This document shows positions 51,221 through 62,255 of a stretch of DNA of 64,000 bases, in pieces. This stretch comes from Candidatus Kapaibacterium sp. (GTDB lineage: Bacteria > Bacteroidota > Ignavibacteria > Kapaibacteriales > UBA4661): contig JANYIG010000093.1 in the NCBI GenBank assembly GCA_025358765.1, forward strand, positions 65,355 to 129,354. Direction: 5' to 3'. Made by a program: the position numbers and the translations under genes. The notes under the pieces were generated by a model that did not search any database, was not told where the DNA came from, and worked only from the letters and a program-made list of their open reading frames with translations. The stretch's first letter is position 1. Each line of letters starts with the position of its first letter.

Positions 51221-54200
51221 TTAGCCCCGTGCAAGCTCTTCACGAAGATACAACCCCGTAAAGCTGTCTTTTGTTTGAGCAATCTGCTGTGGTGTTCCTT
51301 CCGCAATGATGCTACCGCCGCCTTTGCCACCCTCTGGTCCGAGGTCAATAATCCAATCCGCAGTTTTTATTACATCCAGATTATGTTCGATGACCACAAC
51401 AGTATTTCCCCTATCAACAAGTTTTTGCAGAAGTTCTAACAAAATGCGGACATCCTCGAAATGCAAGCCTGTGGTCGGTTCGTCAAGAATGTAGAACGTT
51501 TTGCCTGTGCTTACTTTGGAAAGTTCTGTGGCAAGTTTTACGCGCTGCGCCTCGCCACCGGAGAGCGTAGGGGCTTGCTGTCCGAGCTTAATATACCCAA
51601 GCCCTACTTCGAGTAATGTTGCAATTTTACGGTAAATTTTTGGAATATCCTTGAAAAACTCAGCACCTTCTTCAACGGTCATGGCAAGGATATCAGCAAT
51701 GGATTTCCCTTTGTAGAGGACTTGCAGCGTTTCGAGATTATAGCGCCTGCCGTTGCACACATCGCACGTAACGTACACATCTGGCAGGAAGTTCATCTCG
51801 ATAGTCTTCACGCCATCGCCCTCGCAGGTTTCGCAGCGTCCCCCGCCTTTATTTGCGGGAACATTAAATGAAAATCGTCCGGGTTGATAACCACGAATGT
51901 TCGATTCCGATAGCTGCGCGAACAAATCACGGATAAGTGTGAATAAACCTGTGTACGTAGCAGGATTAGAGCGAGGCGTACGTCCAATCGGTGCTTGGTC
52001 TATCTCTATCACTTTATCAATGCTTTCCAACCCCTTCATTGTGTTGTATTCAAGCGGCACGGCAACAGAATCGTGAAAAAAGTGCCGCGCAAGAATCGGG
52101 TAAAGCGTGTCGTTAATAAGCGTGGATTTGCCACTCCCGCTCATGCCCGTGATGCACGTAAATGTTTCAAGCGGAATGCGGAGCATAACTTCCTTCAAAT
52201 TATTTCCTCGCGCACCTTCTAAGGTAAGAAACTGACCATTGCCTGTGCGAAGTGTTTCGGGAAGATCAATCTTCCGTACACCGCTCAGGTACTCAGTTGT
52301 GAGGGAAGTATTTGGGGCATGGTTCTTTTGTAGGCGTGGCTTTGCGCCGCGAGTTTTTGATTCCTTTCCCTCTATCTGAATATTTTGAAACGCGAACGCA
52401 CTCGGAACATCGGCAATCATCAATTCACCACCATGGACACCAGCACGAGGTCCGAGGTCAATCACAAAATCTGCTTCCTCAATCATTTCACGGTCGTGTT
52501 CAACGACTATGACGGAATTACCGAGGTCGCGGAGTTTTTTGAGCGAACCGATGAGCTTGCGATTGTCGTGTTGATGCAAACCAATACTCGGCTCGTCGAG
52601 AACGTACATCACGCCCGTCAGTTGCGAACCAATCTGCGCTGCAAGGCGTATGCGTTGCCCTTCGCCGCCCGAAAGCGTCCGTGCCGCGCGGTTAAGCGTG
52701 AGGTACTGCAAACCAACTTCTTCCAAAAAACTGAGACGCGAGGTGATTTCTTTCAAAATCAGCCGTGCTATAGTTTCTTCGCGCTCCGTAAGCTGAATCG
52801 TCGAAAAATACGCTAATGCTTCGGTAACGGACATCTGTACAACATCGGCAATGCTTTGTCCGACAATGCGAACCGCTAATGTGTCGGGCTTTAAACGTCC
52901 ACCGCGACAGTCGGGACAAGCCACAGACGACATAAACGCCTCGATGTTCACACGAATGCTGGACGACGAGGTTTTGTCGTACTGCTCGCGGATATTTGGC
53001 AGTACACCCGCAAATTTTTGCTTGTAAACAACACTCTTACCTGTGTTGAAGGTGTATGGAATCGAAAACATCTCATTTTTTGCGCCATTAAGAACGATGT
53101 CCAATTGCTCCTTCGTGAACGTATGCAAGGGTGCTTTAATGTTAATTTTGAAGTGTTTACACGCAGCTTCGACTTGTTTCCAGAGGAAGGTGTCGCGGTG
53201 TCTGCCAAGCGGTATCAGCCCGCCATCGTAGAGCGACTGAGACTTGTCCGGCATCATCAGCGCCGGATTAAAATCGCGGATTTCACCTAAACCCTCGCAC
53301 GTCTTGCACGCTCCGTACGGCGAGTTGAACGAGAACATATTCGGTGCAAGTGCTTCGTAAGAACGCTGGCATTCGGGGCAAGCATTGGCTTGATTGAAAA
53401 AAAGTTCTCTGCGAACAGGAATGCCTACAACACCTGTTTTCCCCGTCGTTTCGTCCTCTTCACTTTCGGTCAGAACCATCATCGTACCGTCGCCCATACG
53501 AAGTGCCAATCCCGCCGAGTCCCGCAAACGTTGCTCGTGGTCGGAGCTGACGGTCAGGCGATCAATCACAACTTCGATATTATGCACTTGGTAGCGGTTC
53601 ACCTGCAAACCATCCACGATTTCCTGCAAACGACCATCCACACGAACGCGCGTAAATCCTTGTTTGCGAAGTTGCTCGAACTGCTCACGATAATGCCCTT
53701 TGCGACCCCGTACAATTGGCGCAAGAATATGAAGTTTCGATTCTGCGGGCAACTCTAACAGCGTGGATACGATTTGCTCCAATGATTGTTTACGAACGGA
53801 AATGTCTGGGTGATTGACGCAATATTGTGTGCCGATTTTTGCATAGAGCAAACGAATGTAATCATAAACTTCCGTCACAGTTCCGACCGTAGAGCGTGGA
53901 TTGTGTCCAACAGTTTTTTGCTCGATGGAAATAGCGGGTGAAAGTCCTTCGATGGAATCTACATCTGGCTTTTCCATCATGCCCAAAAACTGCCGTGCGT
54001 AAGGCGAAAGTGACTCTACATACCGTCGTTGCCCTTCGGCATAGAGTGTGTCGAATGCAAGCGATGATTTACCAGAACCAGAAAGCCCCGTAATCACCAC
54101 GAGTTGCTCGCGGGGGACATCAACACTGACATTTTTAAGATTGTGTTCACGTGCACCGCGTATTACCACGTGCGTGAACTCACCGTCTGGTGTACGCAAT

Positions 54201-54307
54201 GCGCTCAGTGGCGCTTCATTATAGGCAGAACCAGCATCGGACGGTTCAATCGGAACAGTCCGTGATGTTGTTAAATCAAAACTCATATCGTCGTGTAAAT
54301 CGTTCAT
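51221..54307 (-). CDS. uvrA: Excinuclease ABC subunit A
   Basis: 1028 aa. The two ABC ATPase modules have Walker A motifs [11 protein letters not shown] and [11 protein letters not shown], plus signature motifs. Zinc-finger Cys clusters (CPECQ...CKTCEG, CETCEG...CDVCNG) are present. Confidence 0.95.
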   Translation of the reverse strand: MNDLHDDMSFDLTTSRTVPIEPSDAGSAYNEAPLSALRTPDGEFTHVVIRGAREHNLKNVSVDVPREQLVVITGLSGSGKSSLAFDTLYAEGQRRYVESLSPYARQFLGMMEKPDVDSIEGLSPAISIEQKTVGHNPRSTVGTVTEVYDYIRLLYAKIGTQYCVNHPDISVRKQSLEQIVSTLLELPAESKLHILAPIVRGRKGHYREQFEQLRKQGFTRVRVDGRLQEIVDGLQVNRYQVHNIEVVIDRLTVSSDHEQRLRDSAGLALRMGDGTMMVLTESEEDETTGKTGVVGIPVRRELFFNQANACPECQRSYEALAPNMFSFNSPYGACKTCEGLGEIRDFNPALMMPDKSQSLYDGGLIPLGRHRDTFLWKQVEAACKHFKINIKAPLHTFTKEQLDIVLNGAKNEMFSIPYTFNTGKSVVYKQKFAGVLPNIREQYDKTSSSSIRVNIEAFMSSVACPDCRGGRLKPDTLAVRIVGQSIADVVQMSVTEALAYFSTIQLTEREETIARLILKEITSRLSFLEEVGLQYLTLNRAARTLSGGEGQRIRLAAQIGSQLTGVMYVLDEPSIGLHQHDNRKLIGSLKKLRDLGNSVIVVEHDREMIEEADFVIDLGPRAGVHGGELMIADVPSAFAFQNIQIEGKESKTRGAKPRLQKNHAPNTSLTTEYLSGVRKIDLPETLRTGNGQFLTLEGARGNNLKEVMLRIPLETFTCITGMSGSGKSTLINDTLYPILARHFFHDSVAVPLEYNTMKGLESIDKVIEIDQAPIGRTPRSNPATYTGLFTLIRDLFAQLSESNIRGYQPGRFSFNVPANKGGGRCETCEGDGVKTIEMNFLPDVYVTCDVCNGRRYNLETLQVLYKGKSIADILAMTVEEGAEFFKDIPKIYRKIATLLEVGLGYIKLGQQAPTLSGGEAQRVKLATELSKVSTGKTFYILDEPTTGLHFEDVRILLELLQKLVDRGNTVVVIEHNLDVIKTADWIIDLGPEGGKGGGSIIAEGTPQQIAQTKDSFTGLYLREELARG

Positions 54308-54444
54308 ATTCGTAATAAAGTCGTGGCTAACAATGACGAATGGGGGGATGAAGCATTACCACACTCCTGACCCGTAATGAATCATAGTGTCGTAAATATA
54401 TCAAATTTGTGCTGCACGGCGAAGGATAAAGGATTGCTGCGGGC

Positions 54445-56694
54445 TTACATGTCAACAATGAACGACAACTGGACGGCTCTTCCTGGCTGTGGTAACAGCG
54501 AGCTATAAAAATCGCCATCCTTGCTGCCCACCCACACGCCAGCATTAGTAAAGGTGCCGGGAGTATTGCCCGCGCCACCGGTTCGTACGCCAGGGTGAAA
54601 ATATTGCGCGTCAAAGATGTTTGTCATGCGGAGTGCCACGCCAAAACCTTTGGCAAAAAGGTTGCTGTACAGAATGTTGGCATCCATCGTGAAATAAGAA
54701 TCTACCTGCCCTAATGGGTTCGTAGAAACGGTGATACGTTTGCCAATAGATCGACTGCGGAGTGTTACGCTCAAATCCTGCGTAATGTCAGCTGTCGCAC
54801 CCAAATAAAATTTCACGTCAGCAAGGTCGCCGATGCGGGCAACATTATCCGTTATTGCTCCTTTCACAACTTGCTTTTCTTCTGAACTGATAAAAGACAC
54901 ATAACCCCAAATACTTAATTTCTCCATAAACGAAACGGGTACGAGAGCCTGAAGATGAATGTCAACACCGGATACCTTACGGACACCGAGGTTTTTTGCT
55001 CCACCCGCCACATTCACAATTGTACTATCGTTCTGGATAAAATAAGCGTTCACCATACCGCTCACATACTGCGTGGTATAACTTACGCTACCTTCTAATG
55101 TTTTAGAAAGCTCCGGGCTGAGTGCGGGGTCGCTTCCCGAACCTCTCCACCCGCCAAAGAGCAAGCGCGGGGTTGGTTCTTGGAATGCCTCGCCGTAGAG
55201 AAGTTTTACACCCAATTTGCCGAAATTACCCACGTATCCGGCGCGAATTGTGCTTGCCTGCCCGTAAACTGAGTTGTCGTCTATCCGAAGTCCAGCGGTA
55301 AAGTTGTGTTCCTCATCTAATCCCAAAATATTTTTGATTTGATATTTGCCTTGAAGGTAAATGCCTTGGTCTATGACAAAAATGCGATTGCGATATTGTC
55401 GCGTATCCACTGGCGGTGCGGGTAAATCTTTATTCACGTCAAACTTGGCAGGCTCAAGGGAAGCACTGTAAGGATTATCATATGCCTTTTGTAAATCACG
55501 TCGTTCATATTTCAAGCCGGCATTGAAGGAAAGCGCGTCGGTAGCTTTATAGTTAAAATCCTGATAAACCGAAATGCTGCTGCAAAGCGCCTGCCAATAT
55601 GAAAAATCTACCACCCGTCCTCCCTGTACGGTTGCCGGATATCCTTCAACGAAATAGGAGTCGTTGGCAACATCGCTCTCGCGGAAGCGCAGAAATGTTG
55701 TGCTTGAGAATTTGTCGTTAAATTGTTGTGTGTGACGCAGATGCAAACTCCATTGGGGGCGTGACCAAAGAGCGCTCGGCTGTACTTGGTCGAAAGGATA
55801 TTCGGGTCCGTAGCCAGTACGCATGGCGCTATAAAGAAAACCCGCTTCGGTGCTGCCGAGGTAAACGCGGGCATCTATGGCGCTATTTTCATGGGGCGAC
55901 TGTGGGTTGCCACCCAAATTTGGATTATCCAAAAATGCACCCCACAAACGGCGGTCACGCAGATACTTCGGCTTCGTATATTCGTAATTTGAAAGCGTAG
56001 TCGTATCAATAACACCTTCGTCGAAACGTCCGGTTAAACTCACACGAAAATCATCCTTTTTGTACATCAGATTTACGTCGGCGATTCTGCTCTTGAGCGA
56101 GCCAGCAGATAATCGAGAATGAACAGCGATTCCATTGGACTGGTCATCTTTAATAGTAATCACGTTGATAACACCCATAAAGGCGTTTGGACCATAGACC
56201 GATGAGGCTGGACCATAGACAATCTCTATGCGCTCAACATTAGAAAGCGGCAATGCCGATATTCCTTCAGCCTCGTTAAAGTACATATTATTTTGGATAA
56301 TGTTATCCACCATGAGCAAGTATGGCGAGCCGATGTTGTTGCGATAGCCGCGCCAGTAGTTTTTGGAATATGTGTCGCCGTAAGCGCGAATAACATCCAT
56401 ACCTGGTAGGTCGTCAAAAATTTCTGACATTTCTAAATACCCACGTTTGAGAATATCTTTTTTTGTCAACACAATCACCGTTGCCGGAGCATCGGAAAGT
56501 TTTTCTGCTTTGTTGGATGCTGAAATGATTTCAATATTCAGCAATTCCTCAAGTCCCATTTCATCTAACGTTTTTACTTTTACTTGCCGCGTTTCTTGTT
56601 GCGCTAACACGCACGTTGCAAAGAGCGAAAAGGTAAGGAGCAGAGTAATGATGCTCCACATAGCCAATAAATACTTTTTCATAATTCCTCCCAA
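54445..56694 (-). CDS. TonB-dependent outer-membrane receptor
   Basis: A signal peptide is followed by a plug domain (DAPATVIVLTKKDI, IEIVYGPASSVYGPNAF) and a beta-barrel. The length is 749 aa. Confidence 0.8.
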   Translation of the reverse strand: MGGIMKKYLLAMWSIITLLLTFSLFATCVLAQQETRQVKVKTLDEMGLEELLNIEIISASNKAEKLSDAPATVIVLTKKDILKRGYLEMSEIFDDLPGMDVIRAYGDTYSKNYWRGYRNNIGSPYLLMVDNIIQNNMYFNEAEGISALPLSNVERIEIVYGPASSVYGPNAFMGVINVITIKDDQSNGIAVHSRLSAGSLKSRIADVNLMYKKDDFRVSLTGRFDEGVIDTTTLSNYEYTKPKYLRDRRLWGAFLDNPNLGGNPQSPHENSAIDARVYLGSTEAGFLYSAMRTGYGPEYPFDQVQPSALWSRPQWSLHLRHTQQFNDKFSSTTFLRFRESDVANDSYFVEGYPATVQGGRVVDFSYWQALCSSISVYQDFNYKATDALSFNAGLKYERRDLQKAYDNPYSASLEPAKFDVNKDLPAPPVDTRQYRNRIFVIDQGIYLQGKYQIKNILGLDEEHNFTAGLRIDDNSVYGQASTIRAGYVGNFGKLGVKLLYGEAFQEPTPRLLFGGWRGSGSDPALSPELSKTLEGSVSYTTQYVSGMVNAYFIQNDSTIVNVAGGAKNLGVRKVSGVDIHLQALVPVSFMEKLSIWGYVSFISSEEKQVVKGAITDNVARIGDLADVKFYLGATADITQDLSVTLRSRSIGKRITVSTNPLGQVDSYFTMDANILYSNLFAKGFGVALRMTNIFDAQYFHPGVRTGGAGNTPGTFTNAGVWVGSKDGDFYSSLLPQPGRAVQLSFIVDM

Positions 56695-56965
56695 GATGTA
56701 TGTTGAATAAGTATTAAATTTTTGTACGTACCTGTCCTAAAATCCCCTCGTTAAGATACCATTTTTGAGGATGAAAAGAAGTAAATTCTTGAAGCAATAT
56801 ACCTTTTTATAAATCGAATAGACACAAAGCTAAACGTCCGCAAATATTTTGCAGCAGTGGTGCAAATACCCAAAGCAAATAAAAGTCTTGATAGTTGCTC
56901 GGAATATCTTGTACACAAGTATAAAAGCGATTTTCAAGGCAATCTTCACCAAATTATCTGTGGCA

Positions 56966-57913
56966 TCAAAGTTTGAATGGATAGAGCAAGTAAAAGCGTG
57001 GTGGGTGATTCGGGCTGAATTCAATGGCGGGTGCTGGTAGCTTTATCATGTTGACGTACTGCCGGAGCCAGTTCCAGAACGTGCCGCCTTCAGGCAAAAT
57101 TTTTTCGAGGTCGAAGTCGAAGCTGATGATGTATTTGCGACTTGCGTCGTCCCAGTCAATGTTACGTGCGGCGTAGCCAACTGCTATGTTTAACCACGAT
57201 GGATACCACTGTTGAAGCGGCTCCGGGAGCAAGTTGTGGACGTTTATGGAAAGCCACCATGTCCACGCGCTGTAATCGTCAATCACCGACAAGGCGTATT
57301 TGCGGGTTTTTTCGCCTATCCACGGCGAGGGAAAAAAGTCTGCTTTTGGTGTGAAATTTTGTAGGAACGGCGAATAATGACGGGCGATGTAGAATCCTGA
57401 ACCAAGTACATTGAACATCATATCCGATGGCGAAAACCCCCAATTCACGCCATATCCGTCCAATACTTCCACGTAAAATTGGTATCCCAAACCCATCAGT
57501 CCACCGCAGATAACCGCAAAATCCCAGTCGTAGCCAGCACCCATAAGTGCATCGGTAGCAAGTTTGGATTCAAGATAACTGCCCACAAAATGCCCACCTT
57601 TGTCGGCATTGAGTTCCACATCCCAATCGTCAACGATACGGAACGATGCCTGTTTCGCCCAAATTGTGTTTGCCTGATATATGTGCAAGCCAGCAATCAA
57701 GCCCGCTGTTCCTGCACCAATGAGTGCGGCAGTGAAGGGTTTTATCTGCGTTGTACGGCGCGGTTGCGAACCGTCAATCGTGTACAAGTGTTGTCCAGCA
57801 TACTGAAACTCGTTCCATGGAATAAATTCGGTGGAATCTTGCTGTGCGCGGGCGGTGTGCATGGTGAAAAACCACAGGAGCAAGCAAAAAAAAGGCGTTC
57901 GGAGGTGGTGCAT
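56966..57913 (-). CDS. Secreted DUF2279-like protein, a paralog of 16760..17656
   Basis: A signal peptide is present. The C-terminal third aligns with 16760..17656. Confidence 0.6.
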   Translation of the reverse strand: MHHLRTPFFCLLLWFFTMHTARAQQDSTEFIPWNEFQYAGQHLYTIDGSQPRRTTQIKPFTAALIGAGTAGLIAGLHIYQANTIWAKQASFRIVDDWDVELNADKGGHFVGSYLESKLATDALMGAGYDWDFAVICGGLMGLGYQFYVEVLDGYGVNWGFSPSDMMFNVLGSGFYIARHYSPFLQNFTPKADFFPSPWIGEKTRKYALSVIDDYSAWTWWLSINVHNLLPEPLQQWYPSWLNIAVGYAARNIDWDDASRKYIISFDFDLEKILPEGGTFWNWLRQYVNMIKLPAPAIEFSPNHPPRFYLLYPFKL

Positions 57914-57943
57914 TGTGGTCGGTTTTTGGTTTAAAGATAAGCG

Positions 57944-59605
57944 TTAGCGGTTCGTGAGGATAATTTCCACGCGACGATTTTGCTTGCGAGCCTCTTCGGA
58001 GCTTGAACGCACAAGCGGCTGGCGCTTGCCTTTGCCGGAAATACGCATTATTGCTCGTGTTATGCCCATTCGTTCGAGAGCTTGCGCGGCAGCTTCGGCG
58101 CGTTGCTCGGAGAGGTCATTATTGCTTGCCTCGGAGCCAATGTCGCACGTGTGACCGATAATGTCGAGTTTGATGTTTTTTTCAGAAACCTGCTTTAGCG
58201 TTAGTGCCGCAGCAGTCAATGCGGGATATTGTTCGGGTCGGATAAGGGCATCATCTTGCTCAAATGTGAGCATAGAAATTTTTTGCGGGAAGGCAGATTG
58301 CCCAAGCACAAAATTATGCGTACGCTGCTCAAAACGAGCATGAATACGGGCATCTAAAACGGTGAATGCTGCTGGAAACGAGGAATGCGGCGCTTCGGCG
58401 CGAATAAGGTACAACGCACCCGCCGGAACTGCCAACGCATACCGCGCGTTCGGGATAGCACTTTGCGAGAGCGCGACGAGTGTTGGTGCAAATGTTGGTG
58501 CAAATGTTGGCGTAAGTGCCGCTGTATTCGTGCTGGAAATAGTGTATGCCGTGACCAGAACGGGAGTTTCTTGTGCAGTATGCTGGTTGGTAGATTTGGC
58601 GGACAATTTTAACGACGCAAGTGCAGAAGAATGAAGCGAAACCGTCCCCGAAAGTAGCACCGATGCGCCCGGCTGCACGGAATCTGGCAACTGTGCGGTG
58701 TAGATGCCTTTGCCATTGATGGAATCGCTTGAAACGTAGTAGATATCGCGCCCATTCAGCAGTACGTCAATAGAACTGTCTTCTTCGCTTGAATTGATGC
58801 CGCTTCCAAGATTTATTGGTGTTGACCAGTTTTTCCATGTGTCGTCCAAGCGCCGTGAGACGAATAAATCTGCTGCACCCAAGCCACCATGCCCTTCCGA
58901 TGAAAAATAAAGCGTTTTATTATCTGCCGCCAGAAATGGCGAACCCTCGTAGGTGTTCGTATTGATACCAACGCCGAGGTGCATTGGCTCCGTCCACGAA
59001 AGCGTGGTGTCGCGCCGGAACGAAACGTATAAATCAAGCCCGCCAACAGTGCTGTCGCGTTCCAATGCCAAAATCATCGTGCGATTATCCGGCGCAAGAT
59101 GTGCGTAATAGCGCTTTGCGCGGTTTGCAAACTTATCTATCTGAATTTCTTGTGGGTGAGACCAAACGCCGTTTCTACGGAAAGACATTGAAAAACCCGG
59201 ATATTTCACTCCGACTGCGGCGCTGTCATATTTCCCATACACGAGCGCCATTGCGTCGTCCGGTGCGAGCGAGCAAAGAACGTCGCTTCCGGGCGTATTA
59301 AGCGGCGCTCCAGCATTAACGGGCTTTCCAAACGCTCCATTTGGTAGGCGGTCTGCGTACCAAATGTCATCGTAATCGTCCACACCGCCCGTATTTTGTG
59401 GATGCCCCTTGCGGTCGAAATAGAGCCGATGCCCGTCGCTTGTTGGAATGGGTAAAATCGTAGGATTGTGGGCAGAGATGTTTTCTGGCAATCGCGTTTT
59501 TGTGGATGTACTGTTTGCATCCACGCCGGAATCAGTGGTGAGCCGCAACAACCAGAACAGAAGCGTTAATAATGGTGATATATTCATTCGGCGCAATAAA
59601 AGCAA
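57944..59605 (-). CDS. OmpA-family protein with an N-terminal TolB/PD40-like beta-propeller region
   Basis: The C-terminal OmpA/MotB domain is IIGHTCDIGSEASNNDLSEQRAEAAAQAL...NRRVEIILT. PD40-like repeats are present (SPFLAADNKTLYFSSEGHGGLGAADLFVSRR..W.NW). A signal peptide is present. Confidence 0.75.
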   Translation of the reverse strand: MLLLRRMNISPLLTLLFWLLRLTTDSGVDANSTSTKTRLPENISAHNPTILPIPTSDGHRLYFDRKGHPQNTGGVDDYDDIWYADRLPNGAFGKPVNAGAPLNTPGSDVLCSLAPDDAMALVYGKYDSAAVGVKYPGFSMSFRRNGVWSHPQEIQIDKFANRAKRYYAHLAPDNRTMILALERDSTVGGLDLYVSFRRDTTLSWTEPMHLGVGINTNTYEGSPFLAADNKTLYFSSEGHGGLGAADLFVSRRLDDTWKNWSTPINLGSGINSSEEDSSIDVLLNGRDIYYVSSDSINGKGIYTAQLPDSVQPGASVLLSGTVSLHSSALASLKLSAKSTNQHTAQETPVLVTAYTISSTNTAALTPTFAPTFAPTLVALSQSAIPNARYALAVPAGALYLIRAEAPHSSFPAAFTVLDARIHARFEQRTHNFVLGQSAFPQKISMLTFEQDDALIRPEQYPALTAAALTLKQVSEKNIKLDIIGHTCDIGSEASNNDLSEQRAEAAAQALERMGITRAIMRISGKGKRQPLVRSSSEEARKQNRRVEIILTNR

Positions 59606-59728
59606 ATATCGTGAGTGGGTAGATTTTCCGCCAGCAAATATACAAAAAACTCATTGCACAGTGTAGAGTCACGATACAATCGGCTTGTTTGTGTATTTTT
59701 GTATGCTCTGTTTCAAATGAAGAGTTGA

Positions 59729-59760
59729 CCGCGGAGGCGCAGAGAGCGCAGAGGAAGAGC
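59729..59760. repeat. Short GCGCAGAG-type intergenic repeat (gcggaggcgcagagagcgcagaggaagagc). Related copies are at 15641-15680 and 19921-19960.
   Basis: The GCGCAGAG(R) core is shared with 14203-14239, 15649-15660 and 19940-19952. Confidence 0.5.
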
Positions 59761-59840
59761 AAAGAGAGAAGAACGATAGGAAAATATCAAACCCTGTATC
59801 ATTTTTTGAGAGTCAATGTCATTATCATTTTTTGAGAGTC

Positions 59841-59961
59841 AATGTCATTAAGTTAAGCCCCTCACCCAAACCCTCTCCCAGAGGTAGAGGGCTTCAAATC
59901 TCCCTCCTTCTCCCTTTGGGAGAAGGTCGGGATGAGGGAGATTCCTTAACTTAATGCCATT
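59841..59961. mobile_element. 121-bp MITE-like hairpin element, copy 2
   Basis: It matches 4981..5101 at 119 of 121 positions. It is flanked by tttttgagagt at 59829-59839 and 59963-59973. A 26-bp tandem duplication (atcattttttgagagtcaatgtcatt, twice) spans its left border. Confidence 0.75.
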
Positions 59962-60070
59962 GTTTTTGAGAGTATTCTCTGCACTCTCAGCGCCTCAGCG
60001 GTCGTAACGTCTTTCAGCATAAGAGTACACGCTTTGTGTTTCACAATCTTTCCACTGTTCTTCGCACTTT

Positions 60071-60886
60071 ATGCCACGCCGTCTTGCTTTGTTGATTGAA
60101 TATGATGGAACCAACTACTCCGGATGGCAGCGTCAGCCGAATGGGCGCACAATACAAGAAGTTTTTGAAGCTGCCGTAAAACAGATGACGGGCGAACACT
60201 GTGATGTTGTTGCTTCCGGGCGTACGGATAAGGGTGTTCACGGATTCGGGCAGGTCGCGCACGTCGTGATTCCTGATTCTTGTACGATTCCCCTTGAAAA
60301 AATGGTCAAAGCGCTGCATTCACCATTTGTGCCAGACGTGCAGGTTCGCGCCGTGTCGCTTGTGCCGGACAACTTTCATGCGAGGTTTAGTGCAATTTGC
60401 AGGGAGTATCGCTACACCATTGCGCGGACGCATTCCGTATTTCGTCACCGCTATGCGTGGCGACCACGTTTTCGGTTTAACCCTGAATTGTTGCAGGCAG
60501 CGGCGGATGTTATGGTTGGAATCCATGATTTTACCACGTTTTCCAAGCTCAATCTTGATACTGATTTATATATGTGCGCTGTGGAAAGCGCCGTGTGGAG
60601 AAAAGTTTCCGATGATATATGGGAGTTTCGGATTCGGGCTAATCGCTATGTGTATGGAATGGTGCGGTCGTTGGTTGGTTCAATGATGGACGTGGCGGCA
60701 GGCAATCGCAGTGCAGAGGATCTTCGCACGGCGCTTGTAGCCCGCGATCGTCTGCTGAATAGTACGCTGGCACCCGCGTGTGGGCTTGTTCTGTGGCGCG
60801 TGGAATATGTGAACGATCCATTTGCGGCGTATTTTGGAGGTGAAGAGCCTACCTCAGTACATTTATTCCCGTCTCACCAGCAATAA
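60071..60886 (+). CDS. truA: tRNA pseudouridine(38-40) synthase
   Basis: The catalytic motif is SGRTDKGVHG. The N-terminus is LLIEYDGTNYSGWQRQ. The length is 271 aa. Confidence 0.9.
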   Translation: MPRRLALLIEYDGTNYSGWQRQPNGRTIQEVFEAAVKQMTGEHCDVVASGRTDKGVHGFGQVAHVVIPDSCTIPLEKMVKALHSPFVPDVQVRAVSLVPDNFHARFSAICREYRYTIARTHSVFRHRYAWRPRFRFNPELLQAAADVMVGIHDFTTFSKLNLDTDLYMCAVESAVWRKVSDDIWEFRIRANRYVYGMVRSLVGSMMDVAAGNRSAEDLRTALVARDRLLNSTLAPACGLVLWRVEYVNDPFAAYFGGEEPTSVHLFPSHQQ

Positions 60887-60913
60887 TGCAGCGTTCAAGG
60901 TTGTTTTATATTA

Positions 60914-62209
60914 TTATCGTTTGCTTCGCAGAAAATTCAGCGTGTCGGGAATTGCTCGTAACAAGAGGTGAAGCGGAAATTGTGTGCGGCGCTTAACGAA
61001 CACAAAGCACAATCCGCCTAACACCAGATAATATGCTCCAATGCCAAACGGCACAAACGCTTGTTCGCCGAGCATTCCAATCACAATCAACGTTCCAACA
61101 CCAGCACCAACAGCTGCCAGTACATAGCCCAACAGCCGAGGTGGTTCCCCGAATGCAAGGATGACAGCGGGCAAGAGCGTGAACGGTAGTATTGGAGCGG
61201 TGAATATCAACAATTTAAAATATCCCAATGCCGGATGAAATCGTGCGGGGAGAAGTGTCGTTACAAGCACGTCCGCCACACCAAGCTCTAGAACAAGCGT
61301 TACAGCGAGTATCGTCACGAGCATGAACGACAGCGACTTCGAGATGAACGCGAGCAATTCTTCGTTGCGCTGTTCCGCCACAAGCCGCACCGCACCCGGA
61401 TAAAAAAAACCCACAATGCCGTTTACGGCTTCATCGAACGGGCGAAAGAGCGTTCGTGCAGAAGAATAAATACCCACTGTCGCTGCGCCAAAAAAGTATT
61501 GCACGAGGTAAAAATCAAGCTGTCGGACGACATTACCCGTAATACCAATCAGTGATTGATAGAATCCAAAGGAAGCTAATGAAGAGCGGTCAATCGTTGT
61601 TGTACCAGCGAACACAAGAAGTTTGCGTGTTCGCCATATTGCCACAAGCGCACTTGCGCCTACGCCCACAATCGCAATAAACGCCATGCTTTCAAACGTG
61701 CGAAGCTGCTGGAATATCAGTAAGTATGCCGTGAGTGCAGCCATTGTGCCAAACCACGTGGCATTCACCAAAAATACATCGCGCATTTGCACATCCCGAA
61801 ATAGGAGCTTCAAACAGTACGTGCGGGGAATCATCACGAGGCACATAAGCGGCACATATCCGGCAACAGCGGCAAGACGTGGTTCGTGAAACAGGGCAGT
61901 GAGTGGTGTTTGGGCAGCAAAGAATAATAGCGCCGCTCCCAACATAATAGTGCTATGCCAGATAAGGGCAAAACGGTTCACCCCGCCGCGCTGCGCTTTG
62001 TCTGCACCAAACATTATCAGTGTTTGCAGCACGGAATTATCGCTGAAAGTAGCAATAAACGTTTGAGCGACGTTAAACAGCGCATACAAGCCGAGTTCTG
62101 CCGTTGGCAGATCACGCATCTGTACAAGGCTCACAAAGCCGTACAAGATGAACAACACCTTGTCTGCCGCCGTCCATGAGAGTTTTGCCAGATGGTCTTG
62201 GATACGCAT
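60914..62209 (-). CDS. Polytopic membrane protein of the MOP/Wzx-like polysaccharide-biosynthesis (flippase) type
   Basis: 431 aa with about 12 TM helices. The composition and length are like oligosaccharide flippases. The assignment is tentative. Confidence 0.45.
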   Translation of the reverse strand: MRIQDHLAKLSWTAADKVLFILYGFVSLVQMRDLPTAELGLYALFNVAQTFIATFSDNSVLQTLIMFGADKAQRGGVNRFALIWHSTIMLGAALLFFAAQTPLTALFHEPRLAAVAGYVPLMCLVMIPRTYCLKLLFRDVQMRDVFLVNATWFGTMAALTAYLLIFQQLRTFESMAFIAIVGVGASALVAIWRTRKLLVFAGTTTIDRSSLASFGFYQSLIGITGNVVRQLDFYLVQYFFGAATVGIYSSARTLFRPFDEAVNGIVGFFYPGAVRLVAEQRNEELLAFISKSLSFMLVTILAVTLVLELGVADVLVTTLLPARFHPALGYFKLLIFTAPILPFTLLPAVILAFGEPPRLLGYVLAAVGAGVGTLIVIGMLGEQAFVPFGIGAYYLVLGGLCFVFVKRRTQFPLHLLLRAIPDTLNFLRSKR

Positions 62210-62255
62210 GAGGGCTTGGAATGGTTAGGTTTTGAATGCAATTTGACAGATTGCG

